Source: a bacterium (GTDB lineage: Bacteria > UBA8248). Taken from it: a DNA stretch of 64,000 nt. The notes under the pieces were generated by a model. The model had not been told where the DNA came from. It saw only the letters and a program-made list of their open reading frames with translations, and did not search any database. This document shows positions 19,046 through 28,156 of the stretch, in pieces (position 1 is the stretch's first letter; every line of letters starts with the position of its first letter). The stretch is taken from NCBI GenBank assembly GCA_965261085.1, contig OZ253442.1, forward strand, positions 4,128,001-4,192,000, written 5' to 3'. A program made the position numbers and the translations under genes.

Positions 19046-20185
19046 CTAGGTGAAGACGATAGATATCTCGTCATCGCCTATATCGCGCGCCAGGCGGTAA
19101 GGCGCATCGTAAGTCAACAGACCGTCCCGGTCCCCGAAACCCAAATCCGAATATTGGCACTTGGGCGCGGTGATGGTGCAGATGTTCCCGGCCCTGTGGC
19201 CGATCTGCACGCCCAGGGGGAGTTGCGCGCCGCTCTCCCAATCGGCGAACACATCGTCGGTGGCTTTGAGCACGGCTTCGGGGTCGAACGAACCGGAGGG
19301 CGCCCGGCCCGTCACCATGGCGTTCACGTGTCCGCCCGATGCGTTGGCGCTCTGGCGCAAAACCACGTTGTTGTTCATGGCGAAGCGGATGTTCGTCACG
19401 TCGAAGTGGAACCCGCCGAACGAGAAGCCGCTCATGAGGACGGGTTCGGGCGTTTCGGCGTCGTAGGAATCGCCATTGAGCAGGGCTGCATCGCTCACCT
19501 CGAAATCGGCCGCCTCGAACTCCCAGTCCACCGTGGGAACGCCGTCCAGAGGGCAATTGATGGAAAAACTCCCCATGCAGCCCAGATACATGATCCGCAA
19601 GCCGTCGATGAACGTCGTCAGGCAGATTCTCGTGTAGTCCGATTTATCGGATGTGGGTGCATAGGTGACGGAGGCGCCCGCGGCAATCGTCTCCCTCATC
19701 GCACAGCCTTTGAACAACAATCCATAATCCGGAGCAATTCCCGCAGCGCCGGAACCGCGCAACTCGGTGGAAAAGGTAATCTGGGCGGAGCGCTTCCCGG
19801 GAATCGACGGGAAGGGCGAGAGGCTCGCATCCTTCACCGCGCGCTCGAGCTGCTCCACGCTGACCTCATGGGCGAAGTTGCCCGCCCGGAACAATTCCCC
19901 CGCAGCAGCCGGCCGATCCAGAAGATAGGCCGTGCCCGCAACGGGCATGGCGTCCCAGGCGGCGTCTACCGTAATCGTGTCCGAGGTCGAATCGAATTCC
20001 CGCACTCTTCTTTTTTGGCCGATGCCCACGCCTCGAATCGTTCGCAGCACCGAACCGTTCCAGAAATCATCATCCTCTGAAAGCGCGGCGTCCACCAAGG
20101 TGGAGGCATCGGCGGAATCCGCCACCAGTTCTTTTTCTTCCGTCGCGCCGATAGTTTGGAGATCCATCAATATCGTATCGCCCAT
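19046..20185 (-). CDS. Phage tail tube / major tail protein with N-terminal inserted domain
   Basis: TELRGSGAAGIAPDYGLLFKGCAM, VTYAP, TGRAPSGSFDPEA, GDRDG, GDDEISIVFT are typical of tail tube proteins. Confidence 0.75.
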   Translation of the reverse strand: MGDTILMDLQTIGATEEKELVADSADASTLVDAALSEDDDFWNGSVLRTIRGVGIGQKRRVREFDSTSDTITVDAAWDAMPVAGTAYLLDRPAAAGELFRAGNFAHEVSVEQLERAVKDASLSPFPSIPGKRSAQITFSTELRGSGAAGIAPDYGLLFKGCAMRETIAAGASVTYAPTSDKSDYTRICLTTFIDGLRIMYLGCMGSFSINCPLDGVPTVDWEFEAADFEVSDAALLNGDSYDAETPEPVLMSGFSFGGFHFDVTNIRFAMNNNVVLRQSANASGGHVNAMVTGRAPSGSFDPEAVLKATDDVFADWESGAQLPLGVQIGHRAGNICTITAPKCQYSDLGFGDRDGLLTYDAPYRLARDIGDDEISIVFT

Positions 20186-20257
20186 TCTCTATTCTCCTCC
20201 TTCGGTTTTTTTGAAGCGAAGGGACATCCTTCGCCGGTTTTCATTCCTTCTTTCCAA

Positions 20258-20791
20258 TCAATCCCGCCGAATCCGCTCTATCGCCCGAACCCGGATTTCT
20301 GCGTAATGGCAAAGCACGTTTCCAAATGTTCTTAGTTCAATCAGGTCCACCTGCGGAGGCTGAAGACGCTCCAGGGACCGAACGCGCGGGGCGCCTGATT
20401 CATCGAGGAGGCGAAGCGTTTTGTCGTTCCTGAAGCGGTCGCAAATCTCCTCGATCAGCTCCTGAAAGGCCACCTCACTGCCCACCGCGTCCTCGGCGCT
20501 CATGATTCCGAACAACAAGAACGTATGGGTTCTTCTGCTGAGGCCTGCGGGCGTGAAGCCGCCGGCCGCGTTCGAGCCGATGGATGCGACCTCTTCTCCG
20601 GCTCTCTCGCGCGTCAGCACCCAGCCCCTGATTTGGTTGAGGCCGTTGCCAGCTTCCCACCGGAAAAGGTCCAGGTATTTGCCCAGATCGGCCGACCAGC
20701 GCTGATAGCTGTGCACCCGCCCCGCCTCCGCCACGCTCGATATTTCCGCCAAAATGGCGTCGCCAATTTCTTTGTATTGTGATTTAGCCAC
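20258..20791 (-). CDS. Probable phage tail terminator/completion protein
   Basis: GTG start overlapping upstream gene; GRVHSYQRW, IRGW, SEVAFQELIEEICDRFR, FGNVLCHYAEI; position between neck and tube. Confidence 0.6.
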   Translation of the reverse strand: MAKSQYKEIGDAILAEISSVAEAGRVHSYQRWSADLGKYLDLFRWEAGNGLNQIRGWVLTRERAGEEVASIGSNAAGGFTPAGLSRRTHTFLLFGIMSAEDAVGSEVAFQELIEEICDRFRNDKTLRLLDESGAPRVRSLERLQPPQVDLIELRTFGNVLCHYAEIRVRAIERIRRD

Positions 20792-21308
20792 CGACTCTCC
20801 TCGCAATCTCATCCAGCAGTTCACGAATGCGCCTGTCGATTCGGCTTTGGTTATCCTCAAAAGCGCGCGCGAACATGCGGTGTCCACTTGTCCCGCGCCG
20901 GACTATCGCGCGAGCAACGAGGAAGGCCACGCTCTCGATATACCCATCGGGCGGATCCAGTTTGTGGGCCACCCAGCGATACAGGGACGACCCCTCCCTC
21001 CAGGGCGGCATTCCGCCACCCGCCCGGCGTCCGAATTCCACGTACCTGGCGTAAGGGACGCGCGAAGCGACCACGCCGCGCAACACGCCCCGGCCTTCTC
21101 CCTTGATTTCGGTGAAAATACTGCCCCTGAGGTTTCCGCTCGCGCCGATGGGCGTTCGCGTCATGACCTCGCGCCTGAGCATTTCGGTGATCTCGGCCAT
21201 CGCCTCGCGCGCGAGGCGAAAAACCTCCTCCTCCTGCGCGCTCGGCGGCGCTTCCGCCAGGGCATCAAGCGTTATATGTCGACGAAACACTTCGCCTCTC
21301 CTCCCCAC
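20784..21308 (-). CDS. HK97 gp10-like phage neck/tail-completion protein
   Basis: TPIGASGNLRGSI, PYARYVEFG, GTSGHRMFARA. Confidence 0.75.
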   Translation of the reverse strand: MGRRGEVFRRHITLDALAEAPPSAQEEEVFRLAREAMAEITEMLRREVMTRTPIGASGNLRGSIFTEIKGEGRGVLRGVVASRVPYARYVEFGRRAGGGMPPWREGSSLYRWVAHKLDPPDGYIESVAFLVARAIVRRGTSGHRMFARAFEDNQSRIDRRIRELLDEIARRVGG

Positions 21309-22019
21309 CTAGCGATCCCCGGACGCGCCGTGCGTGAAGTATTCGCCGCGCCCCAGGGAGAGGAGCGCGTCCCAATCGAGAGAAGCGCCCGCGGGACCCG
21401 CCACTTCGCCTTCCTTGCGGCCGATATGGTTCTGGTATTTACGCTCGAGCTCTCGCCCCAGGCGCGTGTATTCCCCGGACTTGCTCTGGTAGTCCACCGA
21501 ATTCGCAGCGATGGTCGGGGTCGAGGACTGGGCGAAGCGGCGGGCCAGAAGGTGGCAGCCCTCTGCGGCGGCCAGCCAGGCCACGGCGGTCAGATCGTTT
21601 TCGGGAACGCTCGTGCGCTCGTCATCTGCCGTGTGCTTGAGCGTGTAGAACAAGCGAAGCGTCTGGCCCTGTTGAGGGACGAAGTACATGAGCCTGAACT
21701 TCGCCGCCGGGGTCCCTTTCGCATAGATGATCCAGGCGCTCCTAAGCAGGTAGGAGGGTTTCCGCTTGCCCTGGGGATATTCCACCGCCCGGATGAAGGA
21801 GAGGGAATCGTCCCAAGCCGTTGGCAAGGGAAAATCGAACGTTTCGCTATCGCCTGCGAAATCGGCGAACGAGACGAGCGGCCTGTCCTTGCTGTAGCGC
21901 GTGAGCGCCGCGTTAACCAAATCGGCGAAATCCGCCTCCTCGACCCCGAACTCCTGCGGCAGCGCGCCCGCCTTCAACAGCACCTTCACCTCCTTGATGA
22001 TCGTCTGCCTGCCGGCCAT
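21309..22019 (-). CDS. Probable head-tail adaptor/connector protein
   Basis: ATG at 22019 with AGGAG SD; AALTRYSKDRP, TIAANSVDYQSKS; position after capsid genes. Confidence 0.55.
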   Translation of the reverse strand: MAGRQTIIKEVKVLLKAGALPQEFGVEEADFADLVNAALTRYSKDRPLVSFADFAGDSETFDFPLPTAWDDSLSFIRAVEYPQGKRKPSYLLRSAWIIYAKGTPAAKFRLMYFVPQQGQTLRLFYTLKHTADDERTSVPENDLTAVAWLAAAEGCHLLARRFAQSSTPTIAANSVDYQSKSGEYTRLGRELERKYQNHIGRKEGEVAGPAGASLDWDALLSLGRGEYFTHGASGDR

Positions 22020-22062
22020 TTCTGTTTTCTCCTTTGCTCGCTCACCCGATGCGGGCGGGGGT

Positions 22063-22404
22063 TCAAGTCTTGAGCGTGATCTTGGCCTCGAACGTGAACG
22101 AAGGCTCCTCCCCGCCGACGGACCACGCGAGCCTGACCCAGGGGCCGATGTTCGCGAGCTTGACGAGGGTTTTTCCGGTCGAGGTGATCCGGGCGGATTT
22201 GGTATGGACGAAAACCGCTTCATCATCTGCAGGCCCGGTTTGCACCTCGAAATCAAGCGTGGGGGATGCACCCGAGACCGCCGTCACGTCGATGAACAAC
22301 AGCGCCTCGGTGAAGCGGCTCACCTCGAACGCCGTGCTGCCTCCCGCGGCGACGCGGGCCGCGGGAGGAGCGAGGACTATGGTGTGGGTTCGCCTGTCGG
22401 ACAT
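22063..22404 (-). CDS. Small beta-rich virion protein (decoration-like)
   Basis: AAGGAG SD; alternating beta-strand pattern, DVTAVSGASPTLD; directly after major capsid. Confidence 0.5.
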   Translation of the reverse strand: MSDRRTHTIVLAPPAARVAAGGSTAFEVSRFTEALLFIDVTAVSGASPTLDFEVQTGPADDEAVFVHTKSARITSTGKTLVKLANIGPWVRLAWSVGGEEPSFTFEAKITLKT

Positions 22405-22438
22405 GGCTTCTCCTTTGTATGGGCAAACGACCCGCGAA

Positions 22439-24520
22439 CTACGCGGGCGCGCCGCGATAGAAGCCGCGAAAGTCCAGGACGGCGCCGCCGTAGACGTGTC
22501 TGATCTTGTAGCGAATCTTGTCCGCGCTGAATCCGCTGCCGGCGGAGGGGTTGTCCTCGATGAACAGCTCGGGCTCGCGCATGTCGTCCATGAAGCCGAT
22601 TTCGATGGTGTCCATCAGGCCCGGGTCGGCGATCATGTACCAATCGTTCGCGTCGGTGAGTTCGGGCACCCACAAGGGCTCCATACCCAGGCGGTTGATG
22701 ACGCTCGGCTGCGCGGAGTTCCCGCCCGCAACAACCTTGACGGACGACTGGGTGACGTCGAACGCTTCTTCGAGCAGCTCCGTGGGGTGAACGAGAAATT
22801 TCGGCCGCGCTTGAGCCGCCACCTCGACGCCCTCTTCTCCATAAAACGTCTGCCGGCCCATCGCCTTGATGCCGGCGATGACGTTGTCGTACGTGAGCGC
22901 GTTCGTGGAGGTGTTGTTGTGGTTGGCGTGGAACAGCGCGTCCCCGTCGTATATGTCGGCGTTTGCCGTCAGGAAATCGAACACGAAGCTGTTCAGGGTG
23001 CGCTGGGCCGCACGGGCGAGACGCTGGGGAATCATGCGAATCGCGCCCATGTCGTCGTTCTGGATCATCTCCCAGGTGAGGTCTTCCACCCCACCGCGCT
23101 TGGCCACGGCGTACGTCACCTCCTCATCCGTCGGGGAGGCGAGCGCCGGATAGGTAGCCTGTTCGGCGACTTTTTGCAGATCACCGTAGCCGCCGACGCG
23201 CACCCGGCGGTTCGTGCGGAAATCCTTGACGGGCGCCACGGAGGAGACGATCTTCTTCCACTGGTGGAACCTCTCGTCCCTGAAATCACGCAGCATGGCC
23301 CGCCGGATGGAATCCCCGAACGCCTCCCCCCATGTATTCGTCTGCAAGGAGGCGGAGAGGCGGCGCACCCCGTTCCAGTCCTCGGCGGCTCGGTGATAGT
23401 GGAAAGTCTCGGCGAAGAACTGGCGCGGGGTGAGGCGATGGCCCGTGAAATCCTGAAACGCCTCGCTCATGAAGCGGTAGGGCCGCTCCCCGTCGACCAC
23501 CTCATCGCGCGAACTCCAAAGCCCGTCGAGGGCCGCTTTTTTGCGGTCCGCCTCGTCTCGCATCACCTCCGCACGCGCGCCGAAACCACGGAGTGCGCCG
23601 CTCGCCGTGAGTTTTTCCAGCGTGGACGCCTCGATGCGAATCGCATCTTCGATTTCCTCCTCAGTGAAGCTCCTGCCCCCGAACTGGGCGCGCATTTTCT
23701 CCTGAACGGCTTCGGGCAATGCGGAGGCCGCGAGTTTTTGAGCAAGCACCCTGCGCGCGGCGGTCTCCGGGGTCCTGGTTTCGTCCTTCATGGCGCTTCC
23801 TCCATTTTCCTTGAAGTCCAGTTCGAGGCCTGCGTCTTCACAGGCCGCGAGGAGTTGTTGCGGCGTCCATTTATCACCGAGCCTCCTGGCCGATTCGGGC
23901 GCCACGCTTTTGAGTTTCTTTCCGAGTTTCTCGAACATCTTCACCTCCGATGTAGTGGAATGATTGGCGGCGAGACCCAGAATCCCGCCCCCCAGCTTGC
24001 CTTTGTGCACGACGTCGACGGAGTGAACCGCCAGAATCTTTTCGAAATGCAAAACGAGCCTATCGGCCTCCTCGCGGAACTCCGCTTGCGCTAAAACGTC
24101 AAAGGAAAAGCCAAAAGGCTCATCGAGACCCCGGGCCAGCGCATCGTGCGCCAGCGCCTGAAACCATGCCGCGGATCGCGAAACCGCAAAGGTGCTCAAA
24201 AGCCCCTCCTCACCCATTCGGACCTCGCGGTGCCAGCCAACCAGGTCCTTGATGTCGGGACCACCCGACCCGGTATGGTTCGCGAACGCCTGCGCGCCCT
24301 CGAACAGGGGAGCGGCTTCGCGCAGAACCTCACGGGGCAGGAACCACTCCCCATCCCTCGAGTAGCCGGCTTGTGCGATCAGCACGTCGAAATCCCAGGT
24401 TTCGCCCGGCGGCTGCGCTTGTTTCGCAACCGCGCGAATGAGTTGGCCATGCAGCCTTAAGGGGCGAAAATCCTTTTGCGCTTCCGCGCGCGCCCATATG
24501 AGGTTCATCCATCTTTTCAA
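22439..24520 (-). CDS. Prohead protease/scaffold - major capsid fusion (Mu gpT-like C-terminal domain)
   Basis: TTG start at 24520 after AAGGAG SD; N-terminal ANH...DLVGW...GFSFD...HSVDVV protease-like region; C-terminal DFR, KRGG...TWEMIQNDDMGAI, LFHANHNN, YKIRHVYGGAVLDFRGFY. Confidence 0.8.
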   Translation of the reverse strand: MKRWMNLIWARAEAQKDFRPLRLHGQLIRAVAKQAQPPGETWDFDVLIAQAGYSRDGEWFLPREVLREAAPLFEGAQAFANHTGSGGPDIKDLVGWHREVRMGEEGLLSTFAVSRSAAWFQALAHDALARGLDEPFGFSFDVLAQAEFREEADRLVLHFEKILAVHSVDVVHKGKLGGGILGLAANHSTTSEVKMFEKLGKKLKSVAPESARRLGDKWTPQQLLAACEDAGLELDFKENGGSAMKDETRTPETAARRVLAQKLAASALPEAVQEKMRAQFGGRSFTEEEIEDAIRIEASTLEKLTASGALRGFGARAEVMRDEADRKKAALDGLWSSRDEVVDGERPYRFMSEAFQDFTGHRLTPRQFFAETFHYHRAAEDWNGVRRLSASLQTNTWGEAFGDSIRRAMLRDFRDERFHQWKKIVSSVAPVKDFRTNRRVRVGGYGDLQKVAEQATYPALASPTDEEVTYAVAKRGGVEDLTWEMIQNDDMGAIRMIPQRLARAAQRTLNSFVFDFLTANADIYDGDALFHANHNNTSTNALTYDNVIAGIKAMGRQTFYGEEGVEVAAQARPKFLVHPTELLEEAFDVTQSSVKVVAGGNSAQPSVINRLGMEPLWVPELTDANDWYMIADPGLMDTIEIGFMDDMREPELFIEDNPSAGSGFSADKIRYKIRHVYGGAVLDFRGFYRGAPA

Positions 24521-24617
24521 GGGGAACTCCTTTCTCTCTGGTCCTTTCGGGTATCTGCTCCCGGCGATACGCCGGGGAGAGCGCCTCCCCGATACGGGAG
24601 ACGGGTGCAACGGGGAC

Positions 24618-24669
24618 AATCTAGGGCAAGGGGTCTCAAACGCGGGCCTCGCAAATGCGGGGAAATGCG
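24618..24669 (-). promoter_or_regulatory. Shared late-type promoter, copy upstream of head-tail module
   Basis: Minus strand CGCATTTCCCCGCATTT (24669-24653), N29, TAGATT (24623-24618). Confidence 0.7.
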
Positions 24670-24672
24670 TAT

Positions 24673-24701
24673 TTGACGTCTTTTTATGAGGACTTTTTAA
24701 T
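24673..24701 (+). promoter_or_regulatory. Possible sigma70 promoter for the diadenylate cyclase gene
   Basis: TTGACG-N17-TTTAAT in AT-rich intergenic DNA; imperfect -10. Confidence 0.3.
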
Positions 24702-24879
24702 TTTGCTAATTGTAAATATCAGGAAAATGCGGTAACATACGGAAAATTATGGAGTTGCGGACGAAGCGGGTGGTCCCGGCGTCTACCAATTCTGGATTCT
24801 ACGCCCGCCACTCGGAAATTCCCGGAATCGCCGAGCGACAAAGACCGCCCCTTTATTAACGTGGACGAGGTTTAATCTC

Positions 24880-26175
24880 ATGTGGGGCGTCGCTCAACCG
24901 GCATTGAATTTCATCCAGAAGCTCTCCTGGAACCATATGCTCGACATCGGGATCATGTGGTTTCTGCTCTACCAGGTATATATTCGTTTCAAGGGCACCC
25001 AGGCGATGCGTCTCCTCGTGCGCGTATTCGCAGTATGGCTCATCTATCTCGCCTCCCAGGCCGCTGGTCTGCACCTGACCTCATTCCTGCTGTGGGCCAT
25101 CTGGATTGCCGTTCTCATCTTGTTTCTCATCAATTTCCACGGAGAAATCCAGAAGATATTCTTCCAGCTCAACCCGGTGCGCAGAATATCCACCCTGCTG
25201 CGCCGGGCGATGCGCATCCGCCTGCCGGACGAGAGCGTCGCCACCATCGCAGGCTCCGTATTCTCGCTCGCGGCCAAGAGCTTGGGAGCCATCATCGTCG
25301 TGGAACGCCGCGATTTGACCGAAGCGCTCTTGAACAGCCCGGGTGAGGAGATCGAGGCGGTCATCCAGCCCACGCTTCTCGATTCCATCTTCTTCAAGGG
25401 GGCGCCCTACCACGACGGCGCCGCCGTGGTTCACGAGAACAAGGTCTCGCGCGCGGGCTGCCTCCTGCCCCTTTCGGAGAACCGCGCCCTGCCGCCTGAG
25501 TTCGGCACGCGCCACAGGGCGGCGGTGGGCATCACGGAGCGCTGCGACGCCCTGGCGATCGTCATATCCGAGGAACGCGGAGAGATCACCTGCGTGGAAG
25601 GCGGCCTTATCAAGGCGATGAAAGATGAAGATGAACTCGCCTCCTGGCTCACCACGCGGCTGCGCGCGGCCCGAGGGGCGGGACAGACGAAAAGGCGCAT
25701 ATCGCTTGGCCACGTTTTCGATAACTGGCGGCCCAAGCTCGCCGCGCTGGCCGCCGTTATTTTCCTCTGGTCGCTCGGCGGGCAGGAAAACCAAAATCCG
25801 CAGAATTTCTTCCCGCAACTCGAAAGCAAGGTAGAGGAAGAATTCCGGGTTCCACTCCATTATTACAACATTCCGAACGGCGTCACTCTGCCGGCCGATG
25901 CAGTGAAGGTGGTCAAAATCCGCCTCAGGGGCAGGCGCGATCTACTGAACTACATCGACGCCACCCGTCTGCGCATGAACGTGAACCTCGCCAAAATGAC
26001 GCCCGGCGCGCATTCGCGCACGCTATCGAGCCGCGATATCGACCTGCCGAGCGACCTCGAATTCCTGAGCGTGGAACCCAAGGCCTTGGAACTGAACCTC
26101 GCCAAAGCCCCCGCGCCTGAGAAAATGACGAAATCGAGCGCCTCCACAGAAACGCCGGAGTCCTCGAACTTTTAA
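24880..26175 (+). CDS. dacA: Membrane diadenylate cyclase (DacA/CdaA) fused to YbbR/CdaR-like domain
   Basis: Three N-terminal TM segments, GAIIVVER, HDGA, GTRHRAAVGITE, ISEERGEI; C-terminal NWRPKLAAL TM then YbbR-like VKIRLRG. Confidence 0.85.
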   Translation: MWGVAQPALNFIQKLSWNHMLDIGIMWFLLYQVYIRFKGTQAMRLLVRVFAVWLIYLASQAAGLHLTSFLLWAIWIAVLILFLINFHGEIQKIFFQLNPVRRISTLLRRAMRIRLPDESVATIAGSVFSLAAKSLGAIIVVERRDLTEALLNSPGEEIEAVIQPTLLDSIFFKGAPYHDGAAVVHENKVSRAGCLLPLSENRALPPEFGTRHRAAVGITERCDALAIVISEERGEITCVEGGLIKAMKDEDELASWLTTRLRAARGAGQTKRRISLGHVFDNWRPKLAALAAVIFLWSLGGQENQNPQNFFPQLESKVEEEFRVPLHYYNIPNGVTLPADAVKVVKIRLRGRRDLLNYIDATRLRMNVNLAKMTPGAHSRTLSSRDIDLPSDLEFLSVEPKALELNLAKAPAPEKMTKSSASTETPESSNF

Positions 26176-26250
26176 GACCCCTCTTTTCAGATACTTGAAT
26201 TTTCAGCCCTCAAAAATTTGCTTTTTTCGTGCAAAGAGCCGATATTGAAA

Positions 26251-26378
26251 GGACCGGGCTATCGTCGCCGAGACGTCCATGGCGCTTTGAGGAGCGATAG
26301 GGGCGAACCATCTTTGATGGTCCTCGGCGTCAGCCGAGTGAGGCGGTAAGGAGCCGACAAAGAAGTCGACTCCGGTCC
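26251..26378. ncRNA. Candidate multi-stem structured RNA (family not recognised)
   Basis: Closing stem GGACCGG/CCGGTCC enclosing ACCATC/GATGGT, CTCGGC/GCCGAG, GGAG.CGAC/GTCG.CTCC and CTATCG/CGATAG stems. Confidence 0.45.
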
Positions 26379-26570
26379 GGATCAAGGTAACCCGTCAAAG
26401 GAAGGAGGATGCGATGATATTCACAATAAATCGCTTCAGCCGTGCGGAGACGCTATCCTCCCCGGCCCCATTGCATCGCCGGGCGGGGAGGAAACCTCAA
26501 GGCTGATGCCTTTATAAAGGCGGCAAAACGCCTTATTGAGGTGAGACGAGTTCTCACCCTGAAAAGAAGA

Positions 26571-26610
26571 AAAAAAGAGAGCGGGATGCAACGTCCCGCT
26601 CTTCTTTTTT
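26571..26610. terminator. Bidirectional intrinsic terminator
   Basis: A-run, GAGCGGGA/TCCCGCTC stem, T-run. Confidence 0.75.
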
Positions 26611-26806
26611 ATCCGCTCTTGGCTTCCAGTTTCCGCATTTCGATTTCAAGCTGCTGGAGCCTGTTCTTGATCATGTTGAAGTCGTACTCGAACCCCTCGG
26701 CGAGCAGCATCAGGCCTTTATACAACTGGTGTTTTTCCGGTTCCTCCTCCTCGTTCACCGAGTCGAACATCTCGACGAAAACCTCTCTTGCATGATGAAA
26801 GCTCAA
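26609..26806 (-). CDS. Small hypothetical coiled-coil protein
   Basis: AAGGAGG SD before TTG; 65 aa with C-terminal heptad pattern; ends in terminator. Confidence 0.6.
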   Translation of the reverse strand: MSFHHAREVFVEMFDSVNEEEEPEKHQLYKGLMLLAEGFEYDFNMIKNRLQQLEIEMRKLEAKSG

Positions 26807-26941
26807 CGCGCATTCCTCCTTTTAGAATGAACACTACGAAGTGAAGTAATAATCCTTTTTGCGGGAAGAACCCCGCTTGTATCTCTGCTTGAATCCATCG
26901 CACCGACAAATAAACCACAACGCACTCAAGGAGTCATCTTC

Positions 26942-27439
26942 ATGCCGGAAAGACCGAACACGCCGCAAGTCATCCTCCGCCACATCCAGGGCACACAGCT
27001 TCAGATGTTCACCACCACGGGCAAGCACTCCTACGTGCTCGACGAGCCGGAAACCCGAGGAGGCACGGACCTGGCCGCCACTCCGTTTGAGTTCTTCATC
27101 GCCGGACACGCGGGCTGAGGCCTCTACACGCTGCTGGGAGCAGCGAAGGCCAAGGGCATCCACATCGAGGACGTGGAAGTCCACGCGGAGTTCAAGCGAA
27201 ACATCTCGCCGAAGTTTCACGGCGATTATCACGGGGACCCGGAGCGAAGAAAACTCGCCATCGGCGTCATTCGCACGAGCTATTACATCCACGGCGACGT
27301 ATCCGAGGAGCAAAAGGCGGAGCTTCTCGATGAGCTCGACAACTGCCCCATCCACAACACGCTGATGACGCCGCCCAAGCTCGAGGAGCGAATCGTCGTA
27401 TTAGGAGAAGACGAAACCGCACCCAATGAAGTTTCATAA
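26942..27439 (+). CDS. OsmC-family selenoprotein (Sec at codon 59)
   Basis: AAGGAG SD; DEPETRGGTDLAATPFEFFIAGHAG-UGA(27116-27118)-GLYTL...CPIHNTL; hairpin CGCTGCT-GGG-AGCAGCG at 27129-27145. Confidence 0.8.
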
Positions 27440-27475
27440 TGGCGGAGAAAGAAGACGGTTTTTCAGAATCGGGAA

Positions 27476-27949
27476 TCAATAGGAAATCGTATCGTCCATC
27501 TGCTCCCACAACCTGAAGGATTCGAGCGCTTCACTCTCCAGGAGCCGCGTTGCATCCAGTTTTCTCTCATGAACCGGCAAGGTAATTTCCTTGTAGAGAA
27601 ATTCATCGGAAAACCCAATCGCATCGGCCTCAACGATGGTATTTCCATAAAACATGCGCTCAATCCTCGCCCAGTAAATGGCGCTCAAACACATCGGGCA
27701 AGGCTCGCAACTCGTGTATAACTCACACCCGGACAAATCGAAATTTTTCAGTTTCGCGCTGGCCGCCCGTATGGCGAGCATTTCGGCATGGGCGGTGGGA
27801 TCGCAAGAAGTCGCCACCCGGTTCGTGCCCTCGCCGATAATCTCGCCGTCCTTGACGACGACCGACCCGAAAGGCCCGCCCAGCCCCTCCCTCACGTTTT
27901 GAGAAGCGAGCGATATCGCCCTTCTCATGAAAGATTCCCGAGTCGTCAT
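27476..27949 (-). CDS. guaD: Nucleoside/guanine deaminase (cytidine deaminase fold)
   Basis: GGPFG, DPTAHAE, LYTSCEPCPMCLSAIYWARI. Confidence 0.8.
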   Translation of the reverse strand: MTTRESFMRRAISLASQNVREGLGGPFGSVVVKDGEIIGEGTNRVATSCDPTAHAEMLAIRAASAKLKNFDLSGCELYTSCEPCPMCLSAIYWARIERMFYGNTIVEADAIGFSDEFLYKEITLPVHERKLDATRLLESEALESFRLWEQMDDTISY

Positions 27950-28156
27950 TTTCGCTATCTCCCGTTTGGTTCCACTTTTTCGCCGCTGTTTGCTCTTCGG
28001 CGCGTTTTAAGTTTTTCTCCAGATTCGCCTCATCATAACTTGTTTTTGGAATGGTTTACATTCATTTTGTAGGTTCTTCTTTATCGTTCTCCAAAAACCG
28101 GAGCCTGGAACGAGAGAGGCGCCACTTTGTGAAATTCGCAACCCAAAAAGGAATTG

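Noticed and set aside
22034-24094. Long plus-strand 686-aa ORF, and similar antisense ORFs such as 20754-22073, 12024-13388 and 44045-45466
   Set aside because: Shadow ORFs opposite well-supported genes, expected in high-GC DNA.
24725-24742. Extra copy of the module motif (AAATGCGGTAACATACGG)
   Set aside because: Only one half-site matches and there is no TAnnnT at the 29-nt spacing.
26410-26516. Fluoride or c-di-AMP riboswitch resemblance (TGCGATGATATTCACA-ATAAATCGC ... GCTGATG)
   Set aside because: P1 has a mismatch, the 3' pseudoknot partner is missing, and the ydaO core motifs are absent; kept only as an unknown structured RNA.
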